Shown piece after piece: positions 1-12,271 of a stretch of 51,747 nucleotides of DNA. A program made the translations under genes and the position numbers. The stretch's first letter is position 1; each line of letters starts with the position of its first letter. The notes under the pieces are model-generated. The model saw only the letters and a list, made by a program, of their open reading frames with translations, was not told the DNA's origin and made no database searches. Location of the stretch: assembly GCA_013115125.1 (NCBI GenBank), contig JABANN010000220.1:1-51747 (forward strand), in the 5' to 3' direction. This stretch comes from Perkinsus olseni (Eukaryota).

Positions 1-16
1 CAACTTAGTATTTCTA

Positions 17-878
17 TGTCTGCGTCTGTGGAGTTGGCTGCACAGCAGAGTGAAGGGAAGAAGGGCCAAGACAGAGGGTACCGACGCGGATGTACCTGAG
101 GACGCTCCCCAGGTTTTTGACCGCGGCTTTTCGGTGACTGCGTGTATGATGATGAAAATTGGGCGAGCGCGTTGAGAGAAGACGCATTTTGTGCAAAGTG
201 CAGGAAAACGCATCTACAAGTCGTCGTCTCCATCATCGGTGACCTTCTCTGAGTTCTTGAATGCCTTTAGACGTAGAAGACTGTGACGTCATCCTCGCTG
301 ATGATGAGATGGCCAATCGAATGGTGATCAATGACATTACTACTATCTCCAGGAAGGTGTTGCTGGCAGGTGGCTCAAGGCAACCTCGGCTTAGTTGGAT
401 TTGATGAGGACAACGAACGTATTTATGAAGGTAGACCATCATGCTACCCGAATGCTCATCAACCCTCTTCGTTAGCTGAGGATGGTCAAGAGGCTTTGGA
501 TAAGTTAGATGAACTCCAAGAAGAAGGGGAAGGCCCTGTCATAGTAAACCCCACCCCGCCATGATGCTTCCATCATTGCTGCACTGTAGGTCCTACTGGA
601 CCTGCACATGACCGGCGGCATGGACGGTCATATCGCAGCTGAAAAGTTGAAGGAGAAGTATGATGAATACACAAGGAAGCCTTTCATCGTGTGCTGTTCG
701 GCCGAGGTAACCACCCAGTCGATCCGTCAGCTGTTGATGTGCTGTAGCGAAGGTACTGGAGGACTTGAAGGCTAAGCCATGGGCTCATCGATTTCACCAC
801 TTCGCCGCAAAGCCGATGATGATGGAAGTTGTGGAGGAGATGGTATCGAGTTGCTCAGAATGGCTGGATAACGGGTAA
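17..878 (+). CDS. Spliced CheY-like response regulator receiver (REC) domain protein; 5' exons uncertain
   Basis: Joining exons across short GT-AG introns gives VILADDEMANRM / VAQGNLGLVGF..IYE / AEDGQEALDKL..PVI / VLLDLHMTGGMDGHIAAEKLKE..PFIVCCSAE / ..HHFAAKPMMMEVVEEM..WLDNG*. The acidic DD pair, phospho-acceptor Asp (DLHM, ~599), Ser switch and KP motif are all present. Stop TAA ends at 878. Confidence 0.8.
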
Positions 879-1106
879 AGCATCATGAGTAACCGGGATG
901 AATACAGTGTTCTTCCAGTTGCGAGAGAGATTACACGACGGATGAGAATGGGCCTGGCGGGGAGGAGGAGGAAGAAGAAGAGGAGGCCGAGGAGGAGTGA
1001 AAGCTCAACCCCATCATGATCATTACGATGTTGATATGAACCAAGTGTTCTGCGTTTCTTACGTTACCCCATCACGCGACTCGACAGGACTACGTGGAAA
1101 CTAAGG

Positions 1107-2967
1107 CTATCGCTTGCGGGAGTATAATCGGCTCTTCAACTCATCAGCCTTGGCGATGATATCCTTCTCTGTCTTGGTGCCCAGGAACTCTCTTATCTTC
1201 ATCCATCTGTCACGCGTACCACCAGGATACCTAGCGTCCATTCAAGTATATATTATCGTCATCAAGAGGAACGCAGCATCACTTGGTAAGAGCTTTGGTC
1301 AGCTTAGCCAACTCCTCCTCACTCCACTCAGCGCTATCATCTTCCTCCTCTTCCTCACCCTTCAACTTCTCCTGTATCTACATGAACACGTGTCCTCAGA
1401 CTCCACCGTCGTGGGTGTATACCAAATCGACGAAGGCCTGGTCGGCTGAGATGCTCGAGTAGTGCAACACCTGAGTACCATCGGATGCAATACAACCCCA
1501 TCCGCTACGACCATACCTCCTCTCGGTCCATCCGGCTCAGCACTTCCCTGTATGCGTTTGCATCGACCATCTTCAGCTTCTCCGCCAATCTTTCCCTGCC
1601 CTCGAGATACGCTACACGCTCCTGAGGGCAGACGTTGACTCGAACTCTGGCCCGTGGTAGCAGCTCACAGCAGCCTTCTGCTGTAGCCTTTCTCTCTCGG
1701 CCTCAGCCTTCTCCTTTGTACGTTGCTCGATCTACTCACACACACGATGAGAGCGGCTTCGCTCCAGTGAAGTGGCCCACAGCCTCCTGTCTTAGCTGCT
1801 GCTCCCTCATCTTCCTCTCCCTTCCCGCCTGCCGAAGCCTCAGCCTCTCCTCAGCCCGATGCCGCGCCTGATTGGTATATCCCTCCACTCACGGAGATTG
1901 TCCCCACCTGTTCCTCCTCGGCCTTAGCTCTCTCCTCTGCCGCAGCCTCAGCCTTCTCTTCCATCAGCCTAACATCACAGCTGCCATCATCCAACGGGTG
2001 GGGTTGAGGACCTCAGTCGTCTCCGTTCGTGCCGGCTAGACCAAAGTAGCCAGAGGCTTCGTAGAGGCCAAAACAAGAGCTGAGCAGCGATGAGAACTGA
2101 TGATCACCATCAGCTCAGACTACTGTGTTGAATAAACTCGGTGTGTCAATGACGCGACCATCGACGACCACCGATGACAGTAGCCGCCTCCTGAGCTCAT
2201 GCTCGGTTACACTCTGCTGCTGCCGCCGTCTCTCAGTCGCAAGCTTAGCGAGGAATTGTGGTGAACTGCTGGCGATGCGACAATGACGATGGTACCTTGC
2301 GTGATGACCGGTTACTGACACGGCAGGGTATGCTAGTACAATGTCCAGGCATTTATATACTGTATAGCCGTGATAAAGAGGAGGAGACCGACGATGAGAT
2401 GAAGTAATGGTAACTGAATAGCAGCAATAGCAGTAGTCGGGGAGGAAGGGAGAGGCAGCTACTTTAGGCTGATAACGGGCTTGGTAAAACCTGTAGCGAT
2501 TATACCTGAGTACAGCAACTGCCTCCAGTGAGCTAATGAGTTGCTAATGACTCTGGTACAGCTGTTCGTTTGGATGGGCGAGATAATAGTCGTATGCCTC
2601 TCTCAGCTGAGGTGATGATAAGACCTCATAGGCCTTAGCCAGCTGTTGGAATTGCTGATAGTGTACAACGTGACAAGGGGAGGGGACCGAGGGTGCCATC
2701 ACTTCATTGGCGAGGGACTCCTCGACTTCCCTGTTCTTGTCCGGATGCAACTTCACAGCCAATCGTCGATAGGCTCTGCGTATTTCACCTTCGCTAGCGT
2801 CTTGAGCTACACCTAGTATCTTATCTGACATCATCCGTGGCCCCCTGAGTCGATGGTGTAACCTCATCCCTACAACAATCGTCATCACCACAGTACAGCT
2901 CCTCAGCGACTACTCCATCGACCACACAATGCCACAGCAGGAAAAGTCGGAGCAGCGATGGTCGCAT
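1107..2967 (-). CDS. DNAJC25-like ER J-domain co-chaperone with TM segments, coiled coil and C-terminal SANT/Myb domain (multi-exon)
   Basis: Signal peptide MRPSLLRLFLLW, then LYCGDDDC..ILGV, J domain with HPD (LHPDKN) and AYEVLS. TM segment YQPK/LPLLHLIVGLLLFITAIQY, second hydrophobic segment AQLLFWPLRSLWLLW, E/K/R-rich helix. Ends WSEEELAKLTKALTK/YPGGTRDRWMKIREFLGTKTEKDIIAKADELK..RKR*. Confidence 0.85.
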
Positions 2968-3061
2968 GAAAAACCCAGTCGAGGTGTACAGAGGTTCGTG
3001 ACAACACAACACGAGAAAATGGTAAAGGAATCTTAAAACGAAACTCAAGCGCGATCAATAA

Positions 3062-6000
3062 TTATGTGACTGAGGGCTTGGTGGCGGTGTCCTTGTTGGC
3101 GGCCCGCCCCGACTCTTCCGCAAGAACACTGATGGACCTCACTATTGAGAAGGGGCAGTCACACTCTAGGTCGAGTAGGAAGGGAGCCTCTACTCCTGCA
3201 TCAAGCGTACACGGGGTCACTACGATCACATCATCGAAAGTGGATGGACAGGCACCTGAAGGGAGGGTAGAAGGGACAATGACAACCCTATAAAGTCATC
3301 GTCCACTCAGTTCTCGACGCGACCTCGCGCCTGGATCCGGCCCGGTGGATCGCCAAGTGCTCATCATCAGAGTGCAACCGCAGCCTCTACGGCAAGTCTC
3401 GAGAATCGACGACGATGCACGACAGCAGAGGACTTACTTCTATCCACTTTATTGGAGACATACATATTAGGCCAGTGGGGTGACATGGCTAATACTTCAT
3501 CAGTGAACAATGGCATCGAGGATGGGCAGCTCCGGAGGACAGACGATCGAAGGAAATGTACTGCTGGTTTATACAGACCATCCGTCACCTTAGCACAATA
3601 ATGGTGGATTCCCCACCAGGGAACTTCCGAACCCACCTGCTCATCATCGTCATCATGTGCAGCACCACCACCACCAACACACACAGTGGCTCGGAATTCC
3701 CAATAGGGTAGACTACGAGCAGCGTCAGCGTCCAATCTGCATCACCAATCTCCCCCGTCGCTGGTGAGATGATGGTAGCCCTACACACAGACCCACATAG
3801 GGTTCCTCTTAAACGTGCTCTTGTCGCCACTGCCGCCCGCATTGAAGCCAGACTTCCAACTGAGGGTGGCGATGATGAGTAGGATAGCTATGGAGGGTGA
3901 CGATGAACTCACCAGGCATCGGAGACGACGGAGCGATGTGCCTTTCGAAGAGGGATGGGCTCGACGCCGATCCTGGATGTCGAACAAAACCGTATTGTAA
4001 AATCAATCGGAGAGAAGCGGCGATCAAAAACTCCGACCACTGCAGTCAGATGGAGGACTTCCTGGGCCGGGTCGTAGAAGAACTGAAAAGAGTCAGTCAA
4101 CCTCGAAGACATACCAAGACGCAAGAGCTAACCTGCTCATAAGGGAGTTGAACCTTGATGGTTGTATGTGGGGCATTGGTGTATACGCCTTGCACCATTG
4201 GCCGATCAGGACGGTATATACGACGATGGGAGGACCTAGCACGTGGAGGAGGGCCTGCAGAGGAGGCAGAGGAGGCAGAGGAAGAGGGAGACGTACCGGG
4301 AGCGATAGACATGAATTGTGACATTGTTGAATATGAAGTCTTGATTCTCATGCGTAGGGAATTCAGAGTTATGCTGAGTCAATACCAACCATACTAGTAT
4401 CTGACAATACACGATGAAGCTGAGAGAAAACTATGATGACCGTCATAGACTATGCACGAGTGAACGCATGAGCCTTGCTAAGACACCCAACCCGAGCGCT
4501 CCGAGTCAAGACGGTTTAGTGTGATGATCATGGAAGCATTGAGCCAGAGTCAAGGACACAGCGATGAAGAAACACGAGGTCGTAAGGCTGTTGTTATCGA
4601 TGAAGAACGGTTCATGTCGGCGACATTTTCGTGGTGGATTCATACCAACGTCAACGCTGTTCGAGTTGATTTCAGCGACGGGCGGGACAGGAAAAGACAC
4701 CTACATCGCTTGGACGGCTCGGTCGAGGTATGTCGATGGAGTACCTACCACCGGAAGGCGATAACAGTCTATACGACAACCCGGGTACGATTACTGTGGG
4801 TTGTTCCCTAGGAAGAACCTGTCATTCTCCACCCACTTGCTGACCTCCCTCAAGTAAAACCATTCACCGTGGACTGTATGGGAATACCGGAATAAGGCAG
4901 GATTCCAGTTCAGACAGACAGAATCGAAATACCTGATACACCCAGGTTCGAATCCCACCCTCGGCACCCAGAAAAAGCAATTTCTGTCCATTTGCGGTGG
5001 CCATGAACGTCGGGTGCCCCAATGGACTGTTGTTTGTGTCGAGAACACTCGTCGATACGAAGCCAAGGAGTTCACCGCAAGTGTGTAGGAAGTCCTGCCG
5101 TCCGGGGCCTGGACGGCCTGCGAATTCCGAAATGCCGACTGCAGTCTGCTCGCAGAGAGGGTAAACCTCGATTATCAGAGCGAAGCGAAATGCAGTAAGT
5201 CATTCAAAACCCTTCCACCACATCTTAGAACTATCGGTACGCATGGGCAGAGTTTAAGAAACGAAGGAAAATCATAAACGAATGACAGACAATTCGTTGC
5301 ATCTATTTTTCTCATGGCGAATACAACAGCTCCCACCCATTATCATTTTATAACATGCACACTTAGTGGGGTTACGACTTACCGAACTAAACTCTCGAAG
5401 TCGATCCAGAATAGTCCTCTATCATAATCGACACTAGTGAGCTGGTCGTAGTGCAGCATCTGCCTCAAACCCTCATCAGCCCAAGATTCCTGACAACACC
5501 GATGACCGCTGGACTCTTGCAGGGGACCTACTTCATCCTCCGGGGAGAACCTTCCTCTCCACCTCAGAGACGACCACGGGTTCTTCAGCATCAGCAAACG
5601 ATTACCCTTAAACTCCCCGACCTACTCACTCACAGACATCATTCGACCACCGACGAGATCACCGCTCACCTCCAGTATGGCGTAGGTATGCCGACTGGCT
5701 AAACCTGTTCGATTGGATTCTTCTTCCGACAGCTCACCACACGCCACAGTGAGGAGGCAATCCCCTGAAGGAAAGACGCTCCAGATGCTCTTCGGCTACT
5801 CCCAGTCGATCGGTGACGACCCCGTGAGCCTCTCACCATGCTTGGTGCCCGAGTGCAGAATCTCCCAGACTCGCTCCGGATCGCAGAGGGACTTCGGAGG
5901 AGTAGCCGACCCTAATAACAAAGCTCAGCGCCTTTCTGAGAGCAAGGACGATATGATCCATTTCGTCGACGAAGTTATGTAGGAATTCCCCGGCCACGAA

Positions 6001-8609
6001 GACCAGGAAAAGGTTTTCACAAATCAGAGGGCAAGATGTGTCGACTCACGTGCTAATGACTCCGGCTCAGAGTCACTCGATGGTGTCGTGGAGCGCAGAT
6101 CTGCGAAGAATATCTCCTCAGGTAGCCAGCCAGTGAGGACATAAAGGTCGCAGGAAGCGATGGAGCCGGGAAAACCGTATCCCCTGAGAAGATGATCATT
6201 CTCACAGCTTGTCTCCTTTCATCTGGTACTCACCCATGAACCTTCATAAAAGCCTTCTCGAGTATCGGGGCCCACCAATCGCCATTCTTACAGTAGGAGG
6301 TTAGTAGCGTGCCGTTGGAGGAGAGAGGGAACTGAATGAACACCAAGAAGGGAGATGGGGCGAAAATGACTTCATTATCTGCAGTACGCAACGAGGCCAC
6401 CCTGTTGGATCATCCTGCCGTCTGCTGTGATCAAGACAGACAGAGCTACGGACAGTATTATTCGCCTATCGCCATAAATGTACTGTCAGGTAGAGATGAG
6501 AGTTGGGAAAGGAGTGGTATCGACGTGTATGACTCGATCTTACCCAGTCAGAAACTTCCACCAGCCTCCACACTCCATTAACAAACAACCTAACCTTGTA
6601 AGCACCCGTTGGCGACTTCACCGCTTGTCCCTAGCAGAAAATAGATTCCTCCCCGACGGAGCGAAGCTGATGGTGATCACCCGCCGGTTTTGCGGGTATA
6701 TTTTATCCGAGAAGAGCCTGGGTTGTTGATCAGACGGTTGTCGGCCGTCAGCAGAGAACCGCTGCTCCCAATGCATACCTAAGGAGGGGTAGCGGAATCA
6801 CAACGCTGCCGCCGTCGAGCCTTCACCCACATATGGCAAGGGCCGATATGAAACTGCAATCGCCCACAAGGTTCTGCACCAACTGCCCCGCCGATGTATC
6901 AGTCACGAGAAGCTTGCTGCGGTTGCTGTTGTTTGCAGGGATGTTCTGATGACACGCATGCATCGATCGACTACAGCGGCGGCAGCAGGGCTTCCCTACA
7001 GCACTAGACAAGGGTCCCCACTTGACACAGAGAGGAGCTTGCTGTGGTGAAAGGCTCATCACGTCCTCTTCATTCCTCATAAACCGGGGCATGGTCCCCG
7101 ACAATCTGACAAGCCACTGCTACACGAGTCAGCGCCTACAGCTTACATTCGTGTGCTATCATCATCAACAATAACAGCATCCTCTTCATTGGACCACTCG
7201 GGGAACTCCATCCCGCCGATCTCCCCTCCTCTGATCACAATCCGGCTCTCCTTAGCCGTCAATACCCGATCAGGCGATACGGAAGACGAGGAGGAGGAGG
7301 AGGAGGAGGAAGGTTCAGATAGCATAGACGTCTGCTGCTGCTGCTGCTGCTGTTGCTTCAGCTCTGTCGTCAGGGGGTTCATCAGCTTGCTAGACCCCGC
7401 TGCCCGAGGTGGCAATACAGGCGACTTGCTCAGCCCTCGATACCTGCAATTCAGACAAACGGTAGGTTCCTCGGTTCAATAAGCATTAGGTCCCCGGATC
7501 GAACCCTGGCACCTCGCTATCATTTCATCGACTTGGGCCCTGCTATTGTTAACTGCTCGTCGCGTCGGACTCACTCCGCCGTCCCCTTCACACGACTCAA
7601 CCAGGACAGCTTCTATCTGCTCCAGTCGATGTCGGCAAGACTTCAGCGTATTCAGCGCCTCCATAAACCTGCGCAAGTTCGTTTCCCGGCAGCTCCATAC
7701 TCACACCCCACCTATGGTGATCGACAAGATCCTTAGTCTTACTCATACCCGATGAGTAGCAGCCGTCGGTGTCGACAATCTTCTGCGTCTCCTCATAAAC
7801 CCGTATCTTATCAGCCTGACCAGAAGAGCATCAGAGCCCATCAGAAGCCTTCACGACTACCGCTGCCTCAGCCAGGCCCAGCGTCTCCGCAAGATGCTTA
7901 TTGAAGAGTGATCGGCGTTTTGGATCGGTATTAGCATCCCTGCCAGCCACTAGCCACTGGGCTGATGCCAGATACCTGAAGACCCGTCACCTCCTGCTTG
8001 GCCATTACGATATACACGATCCCTCGCTAGAAAGGGGCTACTTAACACTCGAGCATCCATGTCTATGGTAGCAGTGGCCAGTGCTACAGCGATCGTGTAA
8101 TTCTCATGTGCATCAAAATAGAAGTCTCCCACGGTAGTGTCGCGTCGCGTCGCTCCGCTAGTCGAACTAACCTAGCTCTCGAGGATTGGTATGATGGACG
8201 GGTGACGGATGGTAATACCCGTCACCAGAACACCCTTTCCTAGGGATGGTGAGATGGAAGGCCACTGTTGCCTCCGAGAATAGGGCAGAGGCAAGACGTC
8301 GTAATAGAGGTTAGAAGTCAGCCAATCCTGTCCATCTGCGGGCAGCCCCTGCTCTCCGGCTTACGCTTCCTTGCCTTTGACGTAATCACCATCTTCCATG
8401 TACGATCGACCAGATTGCCGTAGCTCAGCTGCCCTATCAACAGCCTTCAAATCGAACCTGAGAGTATGACCAGACAAGTGAACAGAGGAGATCTAAAGTA
8501 CATAAAGAATTATGTTTTTCAATAATAACCGGACGTCGTCCGCCGGCTGAGCGACGATAACGTTTTACCTTGTCCCATCCGATGCATCGGAACCCCTCGT
8601 TGATGCCAT
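3062..8609 (-). CDS. CAPN7: Calpain-7/PalB-like cysteine protease (helical MIT-like N-terminus, CysPc, two domain-III repeats), many introns
   Basis: Catalytic Cys in QNLVGDCSFISAL (~6860), His in GLASRHTYAILE (~5690), Asn in LMLKNPW (~5580). Also GLFWIDFE, FLGNNPQ/YSI, LVWLVLTQH, YRPDRPMVQGVYTNAPH, WKSGFNAGG..RNPMW and C-terminal TPCTLDAGVEAPFLLDL..SVT* (stop at 3062). The 5' end (MASTRGSDASDGTR/FDLKAVDRAAELRQ, ATG 8609) is inferred. Confidence 0.85.
7286..7356. repeat. (GAG)n and (CTG)n trinucleotide runs encoding poly-Ser and poly-Gln in a calpain linker
   Basis: gaggaggaggaggaggagga and ctgctgctgctgctgctgc, read on the minus strand as QQQQQQQQ...[11 protein letters not shown] in ORF 7143..7415. 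Confidence 0.9.
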
Positions 8610-8674
8610 CACTAAACAAACTGAAGTTAATGTCGTTACTGCTGATATTAAACAACACGAGAAAGGGGCGTGCA

Positions 8675-11600
8675 TTAGGAAACGTCCATAGTCTGAGACC
8701 CACGCAGCAGTACTAGGGTGGCGAGCATCCCCGGCATATCCTCGAAGTCGATGAGCCGAGTGGCGGCTTCATCTGGGAGGTGCCGACAGGACGAAACAAT
8801 CTCATACTGCCCGTGTTCACCCTTCTGATTTACTTCGATGGACAGGGGCTGAGGAAATGAACGACTTGCATGCGAAAGGGCGCGGGTTCGAATCCCAGAG
8901 ATCGCATCACCTGCTGCGAAGGTTCTTCCTTCAACCTGAGATGCCATCGATGACCATCCGGTAGGGGATTCACTCGCCAGCCGGTGAGACTCTCAACGCT
9001 CGTAGCCAAGCCACGAACGTGCCTGAGAGGACGGCGAGTTTCGAGCTACAACAACCTCAGCGGCATCAGTAATACTCTTGCATGTCAATCTTGAACTCTC
9101 GCAATTCCCTAACGGCCCCGTCCCTTTCTGCCGTAACCTCTTCCAATCTATTCAATGGCTCACCGGACGACTGCTCTGAGAAAGGAGAGCGATTCCTCAA
9201 GACCAGCTCAGACCCCAACAGGGTATCATTCTCGGAGGAGGACACCGGCCGACTACCCTACCCCGTGCGTTCAGTTTCCTTATCTCCTCATGGAGCCGGT
9301 CTACTTCACTGAGCCGCTCTAGCGTTGCCTTGTACCTGGTTCAAAAATGACAGCTGTGGGAGTCGAACCCGAGTCCATTACCTCTTCGCCATCGGCTGAC
9401 TGACGTTCCCCTCTACCGAGTCCCCACCCTCCGGAGGGCTTTGGTCACTTGGTCGCCGTTTGCGTACAATCTGATGCGATACCGTCCCCAAACCCACACC
9501 AACTGGCAGTAGTATGCTGAGTTGCTCGATTTATGGTACTCCCCGTGCCACAGTGAGATAGTCAGAATCCGTGATACCTTCGTCGCCGCTTGCTCCATTT
9601 TTAACCTCTGTAGTTCCTCTTCCTTCTCCTTCAACAGCTCACTGAGCCGGCTCATCTCCTCAGCGTTGGCTGCTATGATCTGATCAAACCAGTGGAACCT
9701 CCAACCACCATTCACCCGAACCTAGCCTCTCACCCTGTCCTTCTCCCTCATCGTACTGACGGCAGCATCCTCTTGGCTGGCCGCCTCAGAGTCGCTCGTC
9801 AATTCTATCACATCAGATGCCGACGACGAAGAGGAAGCCTGCAGATGGGCGAAAGCGTCACTCGCCACGAAATTCCCGAGCAGCCCAGCGTTGCCGCAAC
9901 CCACTTTCGCGATCTCATCTGTTTTCTTAAGCTGTTCTTTCGACTGAACCCCGGCTTCCATCGCCTTCACTTTCGCCTTTAGATATTCCTGCTCTCCTGA
10001 CAGCCTGCAATCGAAGAATCAGAAAAATCTCCCGGCTGCGCAAAGATTCTCCTCTCACCTCGCAGTCTCAGCCTCCAGCCGGGCCTTGTCGGACTTAGCC
10101 TGGCGGATGAAGCCCTTCACCATACTCCACTCGGACGACAGCAGCTCTCGACTTCCCGTCACTCGCCCCGAAATTCTCGGGGAGGATGGTACAACACCCA
10201 AAGCCGTCACTAACAGAAAACACGCTGGCAGTTGGCGAAGTCAATGAAGCCGCCGAGTCGAGCACACTAGGAAGGGCTCACATTCCTCATGAATCATCTC
10301 CGTCTCGAGTATGAACCCAGCAAGCTCCTCTCGAAGACGCTGTATGGTGGAATGAGAGGATATCTGAGAAGAAGTCTATCCGGATATACCTATCAGAGGG
10401 TATCCAGTCAGTGAGGCGCTTCGTTGGAAGATTTAAAGCTATCAATTTAGGACTGCAACCACTCCGTTAACTGCAAGCATCGACCTCGGATACTCATCAA
10501 ATCGAGCGAGAGACCGAGGACACTTCCCAACAGTTAACAGAAGGACCGACATTCATAGCCAACTTGGAGTTAGTCGCTGACAGCTGCTCCTTAGTGACGG
10601 CCAGCATGTCCCTTGTTGCTTCCAGCTCCTCCTAAGAATACGTAACTTGGCGGGAATAGTCAGAAGGCGTCCTCAGAAGGCGTCCTCACTTGTATTTTCT
10701 CGGTCTCCTTCGCCTTCGTTTCTGCAGCTCGGCAGTCGTTAAAAGCAAGCCTTAGCTCAGCCTCGAGCTCAGATATCCGACCCAACAACGACTGTACCTG
10801 CTCGTCGATGGCCGCATACGTCACGCGCCACGAAATTGTCCTCTTGCCTGTTGCTGAGTGCTCCTGTGCAACTCCAATTCCTTCTCTAATTGGGCTACCC
10901 TCAATTGACAAGATTCGAGCTGGAACCTCGCAAGAGACGATCCACCGGAGGCCGCCGCCGCGAGGCCCTGAGGGAACACAATCAAACTGCCGTGGGGCCT
11001 AGGGGCTCACCATGCCCATCGCTCCCGAGTCGCCCAGCAAGGCCTCCTGCCGTTGCTTCTGCAGTCCCTCACATCTTAGCTCAAGATGGACCTGAAAAGT
11101 ACACAGCAATGCTATTGTTATCGATACTCATCCGACTAAGCACAGGACTAGCACTTGACTTGTGAAATTTCCCTGCCGCAACAACATCAACCCGGCAGTA
11201 CGAGCACCACCACCTGACCCAATCCCAACTCTCTGTACGTCTATACGATTGCTAGTAGTGATTAGCACAGCGGGAGTAGTCCAGGAGTAAACCGCGCATT
11301 ATCGACGAGACGGCCTACCCGTGTCCGCTGATGCTCCGCCCTCTCCTTCTCAAGTCTGGATCTCACCTCACATTCCTCATCGTGTAATCGATCCACTCTG
11401 AGGAGTATCCAGACGTTGACGGCGAAAGATGCAAAATAGGTCGACTCGCGTCCCACTCAGCTTCAAGCTGTTTCTTCTCCATTTGCCAATCTTTCTTTTC
11501 CTCCTCCAACCCTGTAGCCTTAGCCTCGGCTCGAGCGCATGCTGCTGTGAGGGACTCCAACTCTCGCTTCAGTAGAGCCTCCCGAGACGATGCCGATGCT

Positions 11601-11941
11601 GAGGAGCAACACGCATACCGGCCTCGTGATGTGAGAGAGGCCACTGCTAGAGGTGACATATATCCCTATCATCGTCTGCGGCACCGCAAGCCCGGCACAT
11701 GATAGCTACGCTTATGGTTGATGATGATGGGCAACCGAGACAGGGCTCCGTCGTCTAGTTGGGAACATCAGACGTAGTGTGAGCGACGGGGGCGGTAGTG
11801 TTAGAATTACATGATGGAACGAACGAAATGGTGGGTATAGTGGTCAGACGTACTCCTGCGAGCAGCAGTCTCACCCAATTCAATCGTCCTCTGCTCCAGC
11901 TTAGTCATCCACTCCTGGCAGCACTGCTCATTATTAGACAT
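8675..11941 (-). CDS. Hypothetical long coiled-coil protein (multi-exon)
   Basis: Series of heptad-rich exons flanked by GT/AG, e.g. REALLKRELESLTAACARAEAKATGLEEEKK, QVQSLLGRISELEAELRLA, AEEMSRLSELLKEKEEELQRLK. Last exon ends ..GSQTMDVS* at 8675. Start codon uncertain. Confidence 0.6.
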
Positions 11942-12271
11942 CCGATAAGCGACAACAACAACAACGCCTCTAAGAACCGCTACTGGTCGGGACGTGCCCA
12001 TACCAAAACAACACCCGATCTCAGGCATGACCAATCAATGGCAGCTACGATTCTACCACCCCACATCCGTGTCAGAGAAAATGGTTCACTCTCGTGCATC
12101 GGCGAGGCTATGGTGACACCACACAAAATGCCTCACCGTAGCAGTAGAATGAACCTCGGATACCGGCCAGGCACAACAGGAGCTCCTAAAAAGTGATTAT
12201 CGTTCGAAAAATCCTGGTAATAGACGGGGTGAAAAATTCCCGAGAGGGCCCTTTGGGCGGCTTGGGTAGCA

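Noticed and set aside
11072-11088. CATCTTAGCTCAAG followed by ATG, resembling the 3' part of the Perkinsus/dinoflagellate spliced leader
   Set aside because: It lies antisense within a coiled-coil coding exon (VHLELRCEGLQKQ), the 5' part of the leader is absent, and no sustained ORF follows.
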